The notes below the pieces were generated by a model. It was not told the DNA's origin and ran no database searches. It saw nothing but the letters and a program-made list of their open reading frames with translations. Positions 49,923-60,521 of a stretch of DNA of 64,000 nucleotides are shown here, piece after piece (positions within the stretch are counted from its first letter, which is position 1; every line of letters begins with the position of its first letter). Location of the stretch: assembly GCA_965209055.1 (NCBI GenBank), contig OZ242374.1, positions 960,001 through 1,024,000 on the forward strand, in the 5' to 3' direction. Origin of the DNA: Acidobacteriota bacterium (GTDB lineage: Bacteria; Acidobacteriota; UBA6911; RPQK01; JAJDTT01). A program made the translations under genes and the position numbers.

Positions 49923-51467
49923 CTACTGCGGGATGCGAAGCGTCTGGCCCGGGTGGATACGATCACGGTGCCGGATGTTGTTGGCCCTCTGGATTTGGCT
50001 GGGCGAAACCCCGAATCGCTTGGCAATGCGCCAAAGGTTGTCTCCTCGCCGGACCCGGTAGACCTCCGGGCTGCCCGATCTGGCGGCGTTGCCGCGTTGC
50101 GCCCTGGAAGGGGTCGGGCTCTGGGCCTCGGCGACGGTGCGGCTCTTCTTTTTGGACTTCGACACCGTAAGAACCTCTCCGGCGTAGATCCGCGTGCCCC
50201 GAATGCTGTTGTTCCGTCTGAGAGTGGCCACCGACGTCCCGAACCGCCGGGCGATCCCGCTCAACGTATCTCCATGCCGGACGCGATACTCACCTGGTCC
50301 GACCTCCCTCCGCTGCGCGAGTTGCACCCGGGGAGCCGACCTGAGAGCGGCCGTTACCTGCTCGCGCTTGCCGGGCGGGAAATAGAGGCTCACTCCCGCC
50401 GGTAGGACTCCCGTCCTCCTCCACACCCTGCTCCGAATATGGGGGTTGAGCCGCCGAAGCGTATTCATCTCGACCCCGGAGTGCGTCACCAGATCACCGA
50501 CCCGCCGGTTCGCCTGGAGCCGAACGGAAGCAAAGGTCCTCGGTTCGTCCAATTGAATGGGGCCGAAGTACTTTTCCGGGTTTCGGCCGATCTCGATGGC
50601 GGCCAGGAACTCGGCATAGAAATTCTGTCCGGCGAAGCCGTAGGTCCGGGAACGATAGCGTTTAATGATGACTCGCAGGTCCGGGCCATGGCGCCGCTTG
50701 GCCCTCGCCATGCCATTGGCCCCCTGGTTGTAGGCGGTCACCGCCAAAGGCCAGTTCCCCAGTCTCCGATAGTTGGCCCTGAGCAGGCGGGCGGCCGCTT
50801 CGGTGGCCCGAATCGGATGGAGCCGCTCGTCCACCGAGCGATTGATCTTCATGTACAGGCGGCCCGTCGACCGCATGAACTGCCAGACGCCCGCCGCTCC
50901 GGCATGGGAATAGGCCCGGTCGTTGAAGCTGGACTCCACGTGGGGAAGATAGGCCAGCTCTTCCGGCATCCCCTCGCTGCGAAAGATCTCCTTCATCCGC
51001 TTCAGATACCGGCCGGAGCGAATCACACCCGCACGGAACCTTTCCCGGATTCCCCGTTGATGGCGGACGTTTCCGGAAAGACGCTTCAAGGTCTTGGAGG
51101 AGAGAGAGTAGCCGGCGCTTCGAACGACTTCCGCGATCTCGCGGTGCTTGCCGCTCCATCCACTCGGCTCTCGCCGGGCCAGATCCAGAAGGAGCCGCCG
51201 CACGTCCGCCCTGGCATTCCGCAACTTCTGCCGGCGCCGGCGTGTCGCTGTCCTCCCCGTCTGCCGGTCTCCGGTTCGGACCACCCGGTAGACCAGCCTC
51301 AAATCGTGCTTGTCGTGAATCTGGTACTCCCCCTCTCCGTACCGGGTGAAAACGTCGGTCCAGAACTTCATTCGATCCCGGTACCCCTCGGTGGAGAAGA
51401 GCTCCGTCGACTGGGCGGAGACCGGTTGGGAAACGGCAATCAGAAGGAAGATCAGCAGAACAGGCAT
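49923..51467 (-). CDS. Lytic transglycosylase (MltD-like) with LysM domains
   Basis: VESSFN, GAAGVWQFM, TAYNQG, two LysM repeats. Confidence 0.9.
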   Translation of the reverse strand: MPVLLIFLLIAVSQPVSAQSTELFSTEGYRDRMKFWTDVFTRYGEGEYQIHDKHDLRLVYRVVRTGDRQTGRTATRRRRQKLRNARADVRRLLLDLARREPSGWSGKHREIAEVVRSAGYSLSSKTLKRLSGNVRHQRGIRERFRAGVIRSGRYLKRMKEIFRSEGMPEELAYLPHVESSFNDRAYSHAGAAGVWQFMRSTGRLYMKINRSVDERLHPIRATEAAARLLRANYRRLGNWPLAVTAYNQGANGMARAKRRHGPDLRVIIKRYRSRTYGFAGQNFYAEFLAAIEIGRNPEKYFGPIQLDEPRTFASVRLQANRRVGDLVTHSGVEMNTLRRLNPHIRSRVWRRTGVLPAGVSLYFPPGKREQVTAALRSAPRVQLAQRREVGPGEYRVRHGDTLSGIARRFGTSVATLRRNNSIRGTRIYAGEVLTVSKSKKKSRTVAEAQSPTPSRAQRGNAARSGSPEVYRVRRGDNLWRIAKRFGVSPSQIQRANNIRHRDRIHPGQTLRIPQ

Positions 51468-51576
51468 GAGTGGACAGTCCCTCTCCGGTGATCAAGGCCA
51501 ACGCCAGCCCGCGCCAACAGCGGGGCGCAAAGAGAATAATCCAGAACCCTGTCCAATTTTGGCGTCCGGTCTCCGC

Positions 51577-52113
51577 TCACCTACGCGCTTCATCGAGGTT
51601 ACGATGAACCGTTTCGAGGCGATCGCGGATCAACCGGCAGATCTGCTCCGGGGATCTCCCCGAGACTCCGACCTTCAGATCGGCCAGATCGTAGTCCGGC
51701 CGCCGCTTGCGGTACAGGGCTTCGAACTGCTGCCGATCCCGAGCCAGCGGACGGTTGTCCATCTGAGTGGAGCGCCGCCAGGCGAGTTCCAGCGGTATCC
51801 GGAGGGTCACGGCGATCCCGGACTTGAAGATGAGGTCGCGGTTCGGCGCTTGGGAAAAGGCGCCTCCGCCCAGGGCCACCACCGCCGGCTCCCGGTCCCG
51901 GACCTCCGCCAGCATTCCGGTTTCCAACTTCCGGAAATGAGCTTCGCCCCGAAGATCGAAGATCCGGGGGATGTCCATCTTCGCGGCGTCCACGATGAGA
52001 TCATCCAGATCCACGAAGGACCGGCCCAGATGTCCTGCGAGAACCGGCCCCACGGTCGATTTGCCGCTGCCCATGAATCCCACCAGATAAAGGTGTCCCT
52101 TCAACGGCGGCAA
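51577..52113 (-). CDS. aroK: Shikimate kinase
   Basis: GFMGSGKSTVG, DLD, GEAHFRKLE, GGG, RPL. Confidence 0.94.
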   Translation of the reverse strand: MPPLKGHLYLVGFMGSGKSTVGPVLAGHLGRSFVDLDDLIVDAAKMDIPRIFDLRGEAHFRKLETGMLAEVRDREPAVVALGGGAFSQAPNRDLIFKSGIAVTLRIPLELAWRRSTQMDNRPLARDRQQFEALYRKRRPDYDLADLKVGVSGRSPEQICRLIRDRLETVHRNLDEARR

Positions 52114-53402
52114 ATCCCCTCCAAGTGTTGGAAGAAATCAGGATAGGACACGGCCACGCAATCCGGATCGTCCACTTCCACCGGATTCTCCGCCACCAGG
52201 CCCGCCAGGGCGAAGGCCATGGCGATGCGATGATCGCCGAAGGTCCGCACCTGTCCGCCTCGGATGCGGCTGCCGGGAGGAATGACGAACCCGTCCGGGA
52301 GCTCGCGGACGTCCACGCCGAGTTCACGCAGATTGACCACGACGGAGTGGATTCGGTCCGACTCCTTGTGGCGCAGTTCCTGGGCGTCTCGAACCTGGAA
52401 ACCCCGTTCCAGGCTGGTCCCCAAAATGGCCAGCGCCGGAATCTCGTCGATGAGCCGGGCCACCCAGTCTCCCGAGATTTGGCTGGGAAACTGCCTTCGG
52501 ACCTCGGGATCCGCGTGAATCTGCAGATCGCAGACCGGCTCCCCGTTGCTTTCAGTAGCATCGGACCTCTCAACCCGGATGCCGGCCTCTTCCAGCAGCG
52601 AGAGGAATCCCGCCCGCGTGGGATTGACGCCGACTCCCCTCAAGGCGATCCGGCTGCCCGGAACCAGCAGGCCAGCCACCAGGAAGAACAACGCGGAAGA
52701 GAAATCCCCTGGAATCCGGAAGTCGACGCCGTGGAGACGGGCGCCTCCCCGCACCCGGAGGCGGGCTCCGGTCTGAATCAAAGGAGCGCCGAAGAAGGGC
52801 AGGGCCCGCTCGGTATGGTCCCGGGACGGCCCCGTCTCCTCCACCTCCGTTTCGCCCTCGGCCATCAGTCCGGCCAGCAGGACGCACGACTTCACCTGAG
52901 CACTGGCGATGGGCAACCGGTACCGGATCCCGGTCAGCCGGCCGCCCCGGATCAGCAGAGGCGGCAAACCCCCGTCCCGGGCCTCGATCCGGGCGCCCAT
53001 TCGGATCAGGGGTTCCATGATGCGCTGCATGGGGCGCTGATTGAGAGAAGAGTCTCCCTGGACCCGGGAGGAGAACCGGCCCGCCGCCAGCAGTGCCGAG
53101 AGCAGCCGGATGGTGGTCCCGCTGTTCTGAACGTCCAGGGTCCGGCGCGGCGCGGTGAAACGCCGCCATCCCGGGCTGTGGACCTCAACTCGGGAGGCGT
53201 TTCGAACCACCCCGGCGCCGAGCGCCTCGATACAGGAGAGAGTGGCCCGGCAGTCTTCGCTGGAGGCGAAGTTGCGGATCCGGGTGGTGCCATCGGCCAT
53301 TCCCCCCAGAAGGGCGTAGCGATGGGAAATGCTCTTGTCTCCCGGCACCCGGACCTCGCCCTCGAGGGGAGCCCGGACCGGATCGATTCGTCTCGGCGTC
53401 AT
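52101..53402 (-). CDS. aroA: EPSP synthase
   Basis: [42 protein letters not shown]. Confidence 0.97.
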   Translation of the reverse strand: MTPRRIDPVRAPLEGEVRVPGDKSISHRYALLGGMADGTTRIRNFASSEDCRATLSCIEALGAGVVRNASRVEVHSPGWRRFTAPRRTLDVQNSGTTIRLLSALLAAGRFSSRVQGDSSLNQRPMQRIMEPLIRMGARIEARDGGLPPLLIRGGRLTGIRYRLPIASAQVKSCVLLAGLMAEGETEVEETGPSRDHTERALPFFGAPLIQTGARLRVRGGARLHGVDFRIPGDFSSALFFLVAGLLVPGSRIALRGVGVNPTRAGFLSLLEEAGIRVERSDATESNGEPVCDLQIHADPEVRRQFPSQISGDWVARLIDEIPALAILGTSLERGFQVRDAQELRHKESDRIHSVVVNLRELGVDVRELPDGFVIPPGSRIRGGQVRTFGDHRIAMAFALAGLVAENPVEVDDPDCVAVSYPDFFQHLEGICRR

Positions 53403-55489
53403 CCGGCACCCTGCCCCTGGGCCATGGCCTCCGGGCCGCCCGCCAGTTGGAGGTGAGTCTCACGCAACAGCTTGATCCGGTCCCGCAACTGGGCCGCTTT
53501 CTCGAACTCGAACTTCTGGGCCGCCTGCTTCATGTCGTCGCTCAGCTTGAGTATCTCCTGCTCGATCTCCTGGGGGGAACCGTACCGGTCCACCTCCTCG
53601 GCCACCAGCGGGATTTCATAGTAGTCCAGTTGGGTCATCTCCAGCAGCGTCGCGTCCACCGGCTTGACGATGCTCTCCGGAGTGATCCCGTTCTCGTCGT
53701 TGTAGTCGCGCTGCAGATCCCGGCGCCTCCCCGTCTCTTCAATGGCATGGCTCATGGACCGGGTGACGACGTCGGCGTACATGATGACCTTCCCGTTGAC
53801 GTTTCGAGCCGCCCGCCCCGAAGTCTGGATAAGAGACGTGCCACTGCGCAGAAACCCTTCCTTGTCGGCGTCCAGCACCGCCACCAGCGAGACCTCGGGC
53901 AGGTCCAGGCCCTCGCGCAACAGGTTCACTCCCACCAGGACGTCGAACCGGCCCAGGCGCAGATCCCGCAGCAGCTTGACCCGGTCCAACGTATCCACTT
54001 CCGAATGAAGGTAACGGACCATGACTCCGATCTCGGTGTAGTACTCGGTCAACTCCTCGGCCATCCGCTTGGTCAAGGTGGTGACCAGGACCCGCTCCCC
54101 GCGGTCGGCCCGGCTCCGAATCTCTTCCAGCAGGTCGTCGATCTGGTTGCGGACCGGACGCACTTCGATTTCCGGATCCATGAGGCCGGTGGGGCGAATG
54201 ATCTGCTCCACCACCTCCCCTCCGCACTCCTGCAGCTCGAAATCGGCCGGCGTGGCCGAAACGTAGAGGGTCGGAGGACGGCGGAGCTCGAACTCGGCAA
54301 AGTTCAAAGGCCGGTTGTCGAGAGCCGAGGGGAGGCGGAACCCGTACTTCACCAGGTTCAACTTTCGGGACCGGTCTCCCTCGTACATGCCCCGGACCTG
54401 GGGGACGGTCACGTGGCTCTCGTCGATGAAGATGAGCGATTCCTTCGGCAGGTAGTCCATGAGCGTGGGCGGAGCCTGTCCCGGCAGGCGGCCGGTGAGA
54501 TGCCGGGAATAGTTCTCGATCCCCCGGCAGTAGCCGACGGTCCGCATCATCTCCAGGTCGAAGAGGGTCCGCTGCCGGACCCTCTCGGCTTCCATCAGCC
54601 GGCCTTCCTCCTCGAGCCGGCCGTGGTGCTCCGCCAGCTCATCCCGGATGCTCTCCATGGCGCGTTCCCGCTGCTCCTCGGGCATCACGTAGTGGGACCG
54701 GGGATAGATGGGAATCCGGGGATGGCGTTTCTGCGTCTGTCCGGTCAAGGGATCGAACTGGAAGATTCCATCCACCTCGTCGCCGAACAGCTCGATCCGG
54801 ATGCCGTAGTCCCCGTAGGAAGGGACCACCTCGACCATGTCCCCCCGGGCCCGGAAGGTCCCCCGGGCCAGATCCAGGTCGGTCCGCTCGTACTGGATGT
54901 CCACCAACCTGCGCAGGAGCGCCTGGCGGGAGATCCGCTGTCCCTCGCTCAGCATGAGCAGCATCCCGTAGTAGGCCTCGGGAGACCCCAGTCCGTAGAT
55001 GCAGCTCACGCTGCAGACGATGATGCAGTCCCGGCGCTCGAACAGGGAGCGGGTCGCCGAGTGCCGCAGCCGGTCGATCTCGTCGTTGATCAGCGCTTCC
55101 TTCTCGATGTAGGTGTCGGTGGAGGCGATGTAGGCTTCCGGCTGGTAATAGTCGTAGTAGCTGACGAAGTACTCCACCGCGTTCTCGGGGAAGAAGTTCC
55201 GGAACTCCTGGTAGAGCTGGGCGGCCAGCGTCTTGTTGTGACTCAGGACCAGAGTGGTCCGATTGACCCGCTCGATGACGCGGGCCATGGTGAAGGTCTT
55301 CCCCGACCCGGTGACTCCCAGCAGGACCTGGCTCCGCCGGCCTTCCCGGATGCCCCCGACCAACGCCTCGATGGCCCGGTCCTGATCCCGGCTGGGAGTG
55401 AACGGACTACTGAGCCGGAAGGGGGCGGAAGAGGGCGCCGCCTCCCCGTAGTTCACACCGGCATAGGAGATCCCCTGCGGATCGGCCAT
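53399..55489 (-). CDS. uvrB: Excinuclease ABC subunit B
   Basis: [42 protein letters not shown]-terminal UVR domain. Confidence 0.98.
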   Translation of the reverse strand: MADPQGISYAGVNYGEAAPSSAPFRLSSPFTPSRDQDRAIEALVGGIREGRRSQVLLGVTGSGKTFTMARVIERVNRTTLVLSHNKTLAAQLYQEFRNFFPENAVEYFVSYYDYYQPEAYIASTDTYIEKEALINDEIDRLRHSATRSLFERRDCIIVCSVSCIYGLGSPEAYYGMLLMLSEGQRISRQALLRRLVDIQYERTDLDLARGTFRARGDMVEVVPSYGDYGIRIELFGDEVDGIFQFDPLTGQTQKRHPRIPIYPRSHYVMPEEQRERAMESIRDELAEHHGRLEEEGRLMEAERVRQRTLFDLEMMRTVGYCRGIENYSRHLTGRLPGQAPPTLMDYLPKESLIFIDESHVTVPQVRGMYEGDRSRKLNLVKYGFRLPSALDNRPLNFAEFELRRPPTLYVSATPADFELQECGGEVVEQIIRPTGLMDPEIEVRPVRNQIDDLLEEIRSRADRGERVLVTTLTKRMAEELTEYYTEIGVMVRYLHSEVDTLDRVKLLRDLRLGRFDVLVGVNLLREGLDLPEVSLVAVLDADKEGFLRSGTSLIQTSGRAARNVNGKVIMYADVVTRSMSHAIEETGRRRDLQRDYNDENGITPESIVKPVDATLLEMTQLDYYEIPLVAEEVDRYGSPQEIEQEILKLSDDMKQAAQKFEFEKAAQLRDRIKLLRETHLQLAGGPEAMAQGQGAG

Positions 55490-55562
55490 GAGCACGCATT
55501 ATAGAAAACCGGGGGGAGCGGCGTGTTTCACGCGCCGAGTCCCGTAGCCACACCGACGAACG

Positions 55563-55609
55563 GGTCAAGTCCTCTGGGACTTGACCTTCCGCTCCGTACA
55601 AACTAGTCT
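55563..55609 (+). promoter_or_regulatory. Sigma70-type promoter TTGACC-N17-TAGTCT for the vapBC-like pair, with a 10-bp inverted repeat over the -35
   Basis: -35 at 55581-55586, -10 at 55604-55609; GGTCAAGTCC-TCTG-GGACTTGACC at 55563-55586. Confidence 0.65.
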
Positions 55610-55645
55610 TATTCCTAGTCAGTACCAGCCCAACCGGAGGAACCC

Positions 55646-55906
55646 ATGAGCAACGTCTGGCAGGTACAGGAGGCCAAGGCGCGTTTCAGCGAACTGCTGG
55701 CGACGAGCCTCGCCGAAGGACCGCAAATCGTCACGAAGCGAGGCGTCGAGACGGCGGTGCTTGTCCCCATCAAGCAGTGGCGCAGACTGGAGAAAATGGC
55801 GAAGCCGAACCTCAAGGAACTTCTTCTCGCTCCCGGGCCGCGCACTGAAGCACTGGTACCGCCGCGTCGAGAACTCCGTAAACGTGCGGCTCCACATTTC
55901 GAGTAG
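55646..55906 (+). CDS. Phd/YefM family antitoxin
   Basis: WQVQEAKARFSEL...EGPQIVTKRG..AVLV. Confidence 0.92.
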   Translation: MSNVWQVQEAKARFSELLATSLAEGPQIVTKRGVETAVLVPIKQWRRLEKMAKPNLKELLLAPGPRTEALVPPRRELRKRAAPHFE

Positions 55907-55910
55907 GCCA

Positions 55911-56333
55911 GTGTTTCTTCTCGACACCAACATCGTCTCCGAGTTGCGTCGACCCATTCCGCACCAGTCAACTCTGCACTGGATCAGGCGTGTGCCCGCC
56001 GAACAGTTGTACCTGTCCTCCGTCACGATAGGCGAAATTCAAGCAGGAATCGAAATCACACGTGAGCAGGACGCCGTCAAAGCAAGGGAACTGGAGGCAT
56101 GGCTCAACGGCGTCATCGCCACGTACCACATACTGGCGGTGGACGCCGCTGTCTTTCGGGAGTGGGCGAAGCTGATGCACCGGCGATCGGACACCTTGAT
56201 GCAGGATGCCATGATCGCTGCCGTGGCGATCGTCCACAGGCTGACGGTAGCGACCCGAAATGTGCGGGAATTCAAGCATTTCGGCGTTCCGATCGTCAAT
56301 CCTTTCTCGGACCAACGCGGGGAGACGGGATGA
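55911..56333 (+). CDS. vapC: VapC family PIN-domain toxin
   Basis: [28 protein letters not shown]; GTG start at 55911. Confidence 0.92.
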   Translation: MFLLDTNIVSELRRPIPHQSTLHWIRRVPAEQLYLSSVTIGEIQAGIEITREQDAVKARELEAWLNGVIATYHILAVDAAVFREWAKLMHRRSDTLMQDAMIAAVAIVHRLTVATRNVREFKHFGVPIVNPFSDQRGETG

Positions 56334-57283
56334 TCCGGGAACGGATACTGGTAGCGGGAGGCGCCGGATTCATCGGCAGCCACCTCTGCGAATCGCTGCT
56401 CCGGCAGGGCGCGGACGTGCTCTGCCTGGACAACCTGTTCTCGGGCAGCCGGCGCAACATCCTCCCGCTCACGGAACACCCGTACTTCGAGTTCATCCGC
56501 CACGACGTGACCCAGCCGATCCTTCTGGAGGTGGACCGGATCTACAACCTGGCCTCGCCGGCGGCGCCGGTGCACTACCAGTACAACCCGGTCAAAACGG
56601 TGAAGACCAACGTCATGGGCACCCTCAACCTCCTGGGCCTGGCCAAGAGGGTGGGGGCCCGGATCCTCCAGGCCAGCACTTCGGAAGTTTACGGAGACCC
56701 CCTGGTCCATCCCCAGCGGGAGGACTACTGGGGCAACGTGAACCCCATCGGTCCTCGAAGCTGCTATGACGAGGGGAAGCGGGTGGCCGAATCCCTGATG
56801 ATCAATTACCGGCGCCAGAACGGCGTCGACGTGAGGATCGCCCGCATCTTCAACACCTATGGCCCCCGGATGTCGGAGGTGGACGGACGGGTCGTCAGCA
56901 ACTTCATGGTCCAGGCGCTGCGGGGAGAGCCCCTGACCGTCTACGGAGACGGTTCCCAGACCCGCTCCTTCTGTTACGTCTCCGACATGGTGGCGGGATT
57001 GGAGCAACTCATGGACGCCGATCGGGTCCCCGGACCGGTCAACCTGGGCAGTCCCCGCGAGTGTTCCATACTGTCGTTGGCGAAGCTGATCCTGGAACTC
57101 ACCGGCTCGAAATCCGAGATCCGGTTCGGAGTGATTCCGGAGGACGACCCGGTCCGGCGGCAGCCCGACATCGGCCGGGCGGAACGGCATCTGGACTGGG
57201 AACCGTTCGTGAACCTGAGGGAAGGACTTCACCGGACCATCCCGTACTACGAGGAAATCCTGGCCCGCAACCCGCCGGGGTGA
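56330..57283 (+). CDS. UDP-glucuronate decarboxylase (UXS-like extended SDR)
   Basis: [58 protein letters not shown]. Confidence 0.93.
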   Translation: MIRERILVAGGAGFIGSHLCESLLRQGADVLCLDNLFSGSRRNILPLTEHPYFEFIRHDVTQPILLEVDRIYNLASPAAPVHYQYNPVKTVKTNVMGTLNLLGLAKRVGARILQASTSEVYGDPLVHPQREDYWGNVNPIGPRSCYDEGKRVAESLMINYRRQNGVDVRIARIFNTYGPRMSEVDGRVVSNFMVQALRGEPLTVYGDGSQTRSFCYVSDMVAGLEQLMDADRVPGPVNLGSPRECSILSLAKLILELTGSKSEIRFGVIPEDDPVRRQPDIGRAERHLDWEPFVNLREGLHRTIPYYEEILARNPPG

Positions 57284-57285
57284 AT

Positions 57286-57387
57286 GGAGCGGCGGCACGC
57301 AACCGCCGAAACGGAGCGCCGATGGCCGATCGCCGGCCTCCGTTCAACCTCCAAGGCATCCAGGGAACGGGCGATTGGAAGGCGCCC
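57286..57387. repeat. Degenerate REP/BIME-like cluster (two direct units + one inverted unit)
   Basis: GGAGCGGCGGCACGCAACCGCCGAA, GGAGCGCCGATGGCCGATCGCCG and GGGCGATTGGAAGGCGCCC mirror the layout at 45-146. Confidence 0.6.
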
Positions 57388-57489
57388 TGCCAGTTATCTC
57401 GGCAGGGGCGGCTCCAGTCACCACTCGCGCGCGGTCCGGACCGCGCACTCTCCGAAGAATGGCCTAGGTCACGATGGCTTGCTTGTGAT

Positions 57490-57513
57490 CCTTGTACCGG
57501 TACGAGGTATACT
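57490..57513 (+). promoter_or_regulatory. higBA operator palindrome and -10 box
   Basis: CCTTGTACCGGTACGAGG (18 bp, one mismatched pair) directly before TATACT, which lies 5 nt upstream of the ATG. Confidence 0.65.
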
Positions 57514-57518
57514 TCCGC

Positions 57519-57797
57519 ATGATTCGCAGGTTTCGCCATCGAGGCCTCAAGCGGTTGTTTGAGCGTGGTGATTTCAGGAGGGTGCGTGCAGACCAGAAGG
57601 AACGGATCGCACTTGCATTGGCGGACCTTGAAGCCGCCGCCGATCCGGCAGATTTGAATCTGCCCGGGTATCGACTTCACCCGCTGAAAGGTGGTCTGAA
57701 GGGGTTTTGGAGTATCACGATTTCCGGTAACTGGCGAATCATCTTCCGCTTCGAAGAAGGCGACGCGTACGATGTCGACCTGGTCGACTACCACTAG
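57519..57797 (+). CDS. higB: HigB-like toxin (RelE/ParE superfamily)
   Basis: MIRRFRHRGLKRLF, PGYRLHPLKG, WSITISGNWRIIFRF, DLVDYH. Confidence 0.93.
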   Translation: MIRRFRHRGLKRLFERGDFRRVRADQKERIALALADLEAAADPADLNLPGYRLHPLKGGLKGFWSITISGNWRIIFRFEEGDAYDVDLVDYH

Positions 57798-57809
57798 GAG
57801 GTCCCATCC

Positions 57810-58184
57810 ATGGCCATGAAGAATCCGCCGCATCCCGGCCGCAGTATCAAAAGGAACTGTCTTGATCCGCTCGGTCTGAGCGTCACGGAGGCGGCGAAGG
57901 TGTTGGGCGTGGCGCGTCACACCCTCTCCCGCGTATTGAACGGCCGAGCCGCCGTTTCACCGGCAATGGCCATTCGACTGGAGAAAGCCGGATGGTCCAA
58001 CGCCGAGTTCTGGCTGCGCCGGCAGACCGCGTACGATCTGGCGCAAGCCCGCAAGGACGAACACCGGATCAAGATCAAGCCCTACCCGCCACCCGTCACT
58101 CCCCGGGAGACATCGTCCACGTCGCGGGTGCGCGAGTCGCCGCCATCGTCAGGATCTTCGTCCGTCAACGAAGGCGGATACTGA
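57810..58184 (+). CDS. higA: HigA family antitoxin (HTH) with Ser/Pro-rich tail
   Basis: [42 protein letters not shown]. Confidence 0.93.
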   Translation: MAMKNPPHPGRSIKRNCLDPLGLSVTEAAKVLGVARHTLSRVLNGRAAVSPAMAIRLEKAGWSNAEFWLRRQTAYDLAQARKDEHRIKIKPYPPPVTPRETSSTSRVRESPPSSGSSSVNEGGY

Positions 58185-58336
58185 CCTGCTGTTACAAGCT
58201 CATCGATACCGTCCGGACGACACCGTTTCACCGGGCTCGAGCCAAAGCCCCGGCAGCCAATTCGTTCGCTGGACAGTAGGGGGGACAGGTATGTCCCCTG
58301 TCCGCTCCAATTCCCGTCGAACGCCGGGATTCGGTC

Positions 58337-58345
58337 TGCTAGAAT
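58337..58345 (+). promoter_or_regulatory. Extended -10 (TGcTAGAAT) upstream of the nuo operon
   Basis: TG-N-TAGAAT about 50 nt before nuoA; AAGGAG ribosome-binding site before the GTG. Confidence 0.5.
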
Positions 58346-58395
58346 AGGCACCCGTACGGCGAACGGGTCCCGGATGGGACTTTCCCAAGGAGAAC

Positions 58396-58755
58396 GTGGT
58401 GCTCGGATCCTACATTCCCATTCTGATCTTCATCCTGGTGGCCATCACCCTTCCCGTCGTGGGATTGCTGGTGGGCAGGCTCCTGCGGCCCCATCTGCCC
58501 ACCGCCGACAAGCTGATGCCCTACGAATGCGGCGTCGATCCCGTCGACGACGCCAGAGGCCGATTTTCGGTGCGCTTCTACATCATCGCCATCCTCTTCG
58601 TCATCTTCGACGTGGAGACGATCTTCCTCTTTCCCTGGGCGGTCATCTACGACAAGCTGGCCCTGTTCGGGTTCATCGAGATGGTCATCTTCCTGGGGAT
58701 TCTGATCGTGGGCTATTTCTACGTCTGGAAGAAGGGCGCACTGGAATGGGCATAG
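58396..58755 (+). CDS. nuoA: NADH-quinone oxidoreductase subunit A
   Basis: PYECG, FYIIAILFVIFDVE, FPWA, KGALEW. Confidence 0.96.
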   Translation: MVLGSYIPILIFILVAITLPVVGLLVGRLLRPHLPTADKLMPYECGVDPVDDARGRFSVRFYIIAILFVIFDVETIFLFPWAVIYDKLALFGFIEMVIFLGILIVGYFYVWKKGALEWA

Positions 58756-58818
58756 GAGGCCGTGGTACAAATCCCGCTGAGCCCGACCGGGGCGGAGCGG
58801 GACTTTCGCCACGGACTC
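58756..58818. mobile_element. 63-bp internally deleted MITE-like inverted repeat between nuoA and nuoB
   Basis: Arms GAGGCCGTGGTACAAATCCCGCT and AGCGGGACTTTCGCCACGGACTC (18/23 complementary); right arm resembles the MITE right end. Confidence 0.6.
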
Positions 58819-58855
58819 TCGAACCGTTTCCGATCAACCTGACCGAGGTCGAAAC

Positions 58856-59344
58856 ATGGACCGGAGCATAGAGAAGAACGTCATCACCACGACGGCCGAC
58901 TCGGTTTTCAACTGGGCGCGGAAGTCCTCCCTCTGGCCCATGACTTTCGGCTTGGCCTGCTGCGCCATCGAGATGATGGCCACCGGCGCCTCCCGGTTCG
59001 ACATGGACCGGTTCGGTGCCGGCATCTTCCGGCCCTCGCCGCGCCAGTCCGACCTGATCATCGTGGCCGGGACCGTGACCCTGAAGATGGCCGAGGTGAT
59101 CCAGCGGCTCTACGAGCAGATGCCGGATCCCAAGTGGGTCATCTCCATGGGAGCCTGCTCCAGCGCCGGAGGCCCGTTCGACACCTATTCGACCTTGCAG
59201 GGAGTGGATAAAGTCATACCGGTGGACGTGTACATACCGGGGTGTCCGCCGCGGCCCGAGGCGCTTCTGTACGGACTCATGCGTCTCCAGGACAAGATCG
59301 ATCTGATGAGTATCACGGACAAGCCGGAGCCGCGGGCCAGCTAG
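58856..59344 (+). CDS. nuoB: NADH-quinone oxidoreductase subunit B
   Basis: [35 protein letters not shown]. Confidence 0.97.
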   Translation: MDRSIEKNVITTTADSVFNWARKSSLWPMTFGLACCAIEMMATGASRFDMDRFGAGIFRPSPRQSDLIIVAGTVTLKMAEVIQRLYEQMPDPKWVISMGACSSAGGPFDTYSTLQGVDKVIPVDVYIPGCPPRPEALLYGLMRLQDKIDLMSITDKPEPRAS

Positions 59345-59378
59345 ATTCCCCTGTAGCCCTTCCCAATCCTTCTTGAAG

Positions 59379-60518
59379 ATGGACGACGAAACCAAGGCCA
59401 GGAAGAACAGCACAGGCGGCGATAAGCCCAAGCGGGCCCGCCGCAAGTCGAGGATTGCGGGTTACCGTCCCAAGCCGAAGATTCGGACCGCCCGACCCAA
59501 GCGGGAGACTCCTGCCGCTCCTTCCGAGGAAGAAACCCGGGCTGCCGTCCCTGTCGAGGAAAAGACTCCGGCTGCCCCTCCCGTGAAGGAAACCCCGGCC
59601 GCCCCTTCCGAGGAGGAAACCGCGGCTGCTGCTCCCGAGAAAGAGACCCCGGCTGCCCGGCCCAAGCGAAGGCCCCGGACCCGCCCCAGACCAAAGCTCC
59701 GGGGTGCCCGGCCCAGACCGAAGATCCGGTCCCGGACAGCGGAAGAGACCCCGGCTGCGCCCGCCGGTGAAGAGGCTCCGGCCGCCCGGCCCAAGCGAAG
59801 GCCGCGGCCTGCCCGGCCCAAGCCCAAGATCCGGGCCCGCACCAAGAGCGAAACGGCCGCTGACAGTACCGACGGAGAGGCCCCCGCCGCCCGGCCCAAG
59901 CCCAAGGCCCGGACCGCGGGGAAGAGACCGGTTCGCAAACGGCCGCTTCGCAAGCGTCCGCTCCGCAAGCGGCGGCCTCGCAAGGCGAGAAAGAAGGGGC
60001 CAAGCTACGAGGACCTGAAGGACGATGCCCTCCTGGAAGGCCTGAAAAAGCAATTCCCGGGAGAGATTCTCTCGGGACAGTCGTTCCTGGGCCAGAGCAT
60101 CTATACCGTGAAGCCGGGCGTCCTCTACGACGTCATGCTGTCCCTTCGGGACCATTCCGAATCGCCTTTCGACTACATGATCGACATCTCGGCCCTGGAT
60201 TACCTGGGGGACCAGGAGCGGTTCCTGATGGTCTACCAGCTCTATTCCTACGCCACGAAGAGGCTGCTCCGAGTCAAGAGCCGGTTCGCGGAAGGCGATC
60301 CGGTTCCGTCCATGACCTCTATCTGGAAGACCTCCGACTGGCTGGAGCGGGAAGTCTACGACATGTTCGGGATTCTGTTTTCCGGCCATCCCGATCTGAA
60401 ACGCATTCTCCTGCCCGAAGACTGGCACGGATTTCCGTTGCGGAAGGACTACGACATCAAACTGCAGGACCAGAGCTGGATCCGCAATCACCTGAAGATC
60501 AGAAAGACCCCCGATTAG
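59379..60518 (+). CDS. nuoC: NADH-quinone oxidoreductase subunit C with ~210-aa repetitive charged N-terminal extension
   Basis: C-terminal [29 protein letters not shown]; in-frame repeats RPKPKIR and EETPAAP upstream. Confidence 0.93.
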   Translation: MDDETKARKNSTGGDKPKRARRKSRIAGYRPKPKIRTARPKRETPAAPSEEETRAAVPVEEKTPAAPPVKETPAAPSEEETAAAAPEKETPAARPKRRPRTRPRPKLRGARPRPKIRSRTAEETPAAPAGEEAPAARPKRRPRPARPKPKIRARTKSETAADSTDGEAPAARPKPKARTAGKRPVRKRPLRKRPLRKRRPRKARKKGPSYEDLKDDALLEGLKKQFPGEILSGQSFLGQSIYTVKPGVLYDVMLSLRDHSESPFDYMIDISALDYLGDQERFLMVYQLYSYATKRLLRVKSRFAEGDPVPSMTSIWKTSDWLEREVYDMFGILFSGHPDLKRILLPEDWHGFPLRKDYDIKLQDQSWIRNHLKIRKTPD

Positions 60519-60521
60519 CCC

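Noticed and set aside
53447-55504. Long antisense ORFs (this one, and 1696-3345, 7258-9108, 30008-32029, 35718-37505, 59313-61568)
   Set aside because: They are shadow ORFs opposite well-conserved genes, expected at high GC3, and have no recognisable motifs
59460-60000. Repeats inside nuoC as a non-coding tandem array or separate element
   Set aside because: The repeats keep the reading frame, vary at synonymous positions and run without a stop into the NuoC core, so they were treated as coding
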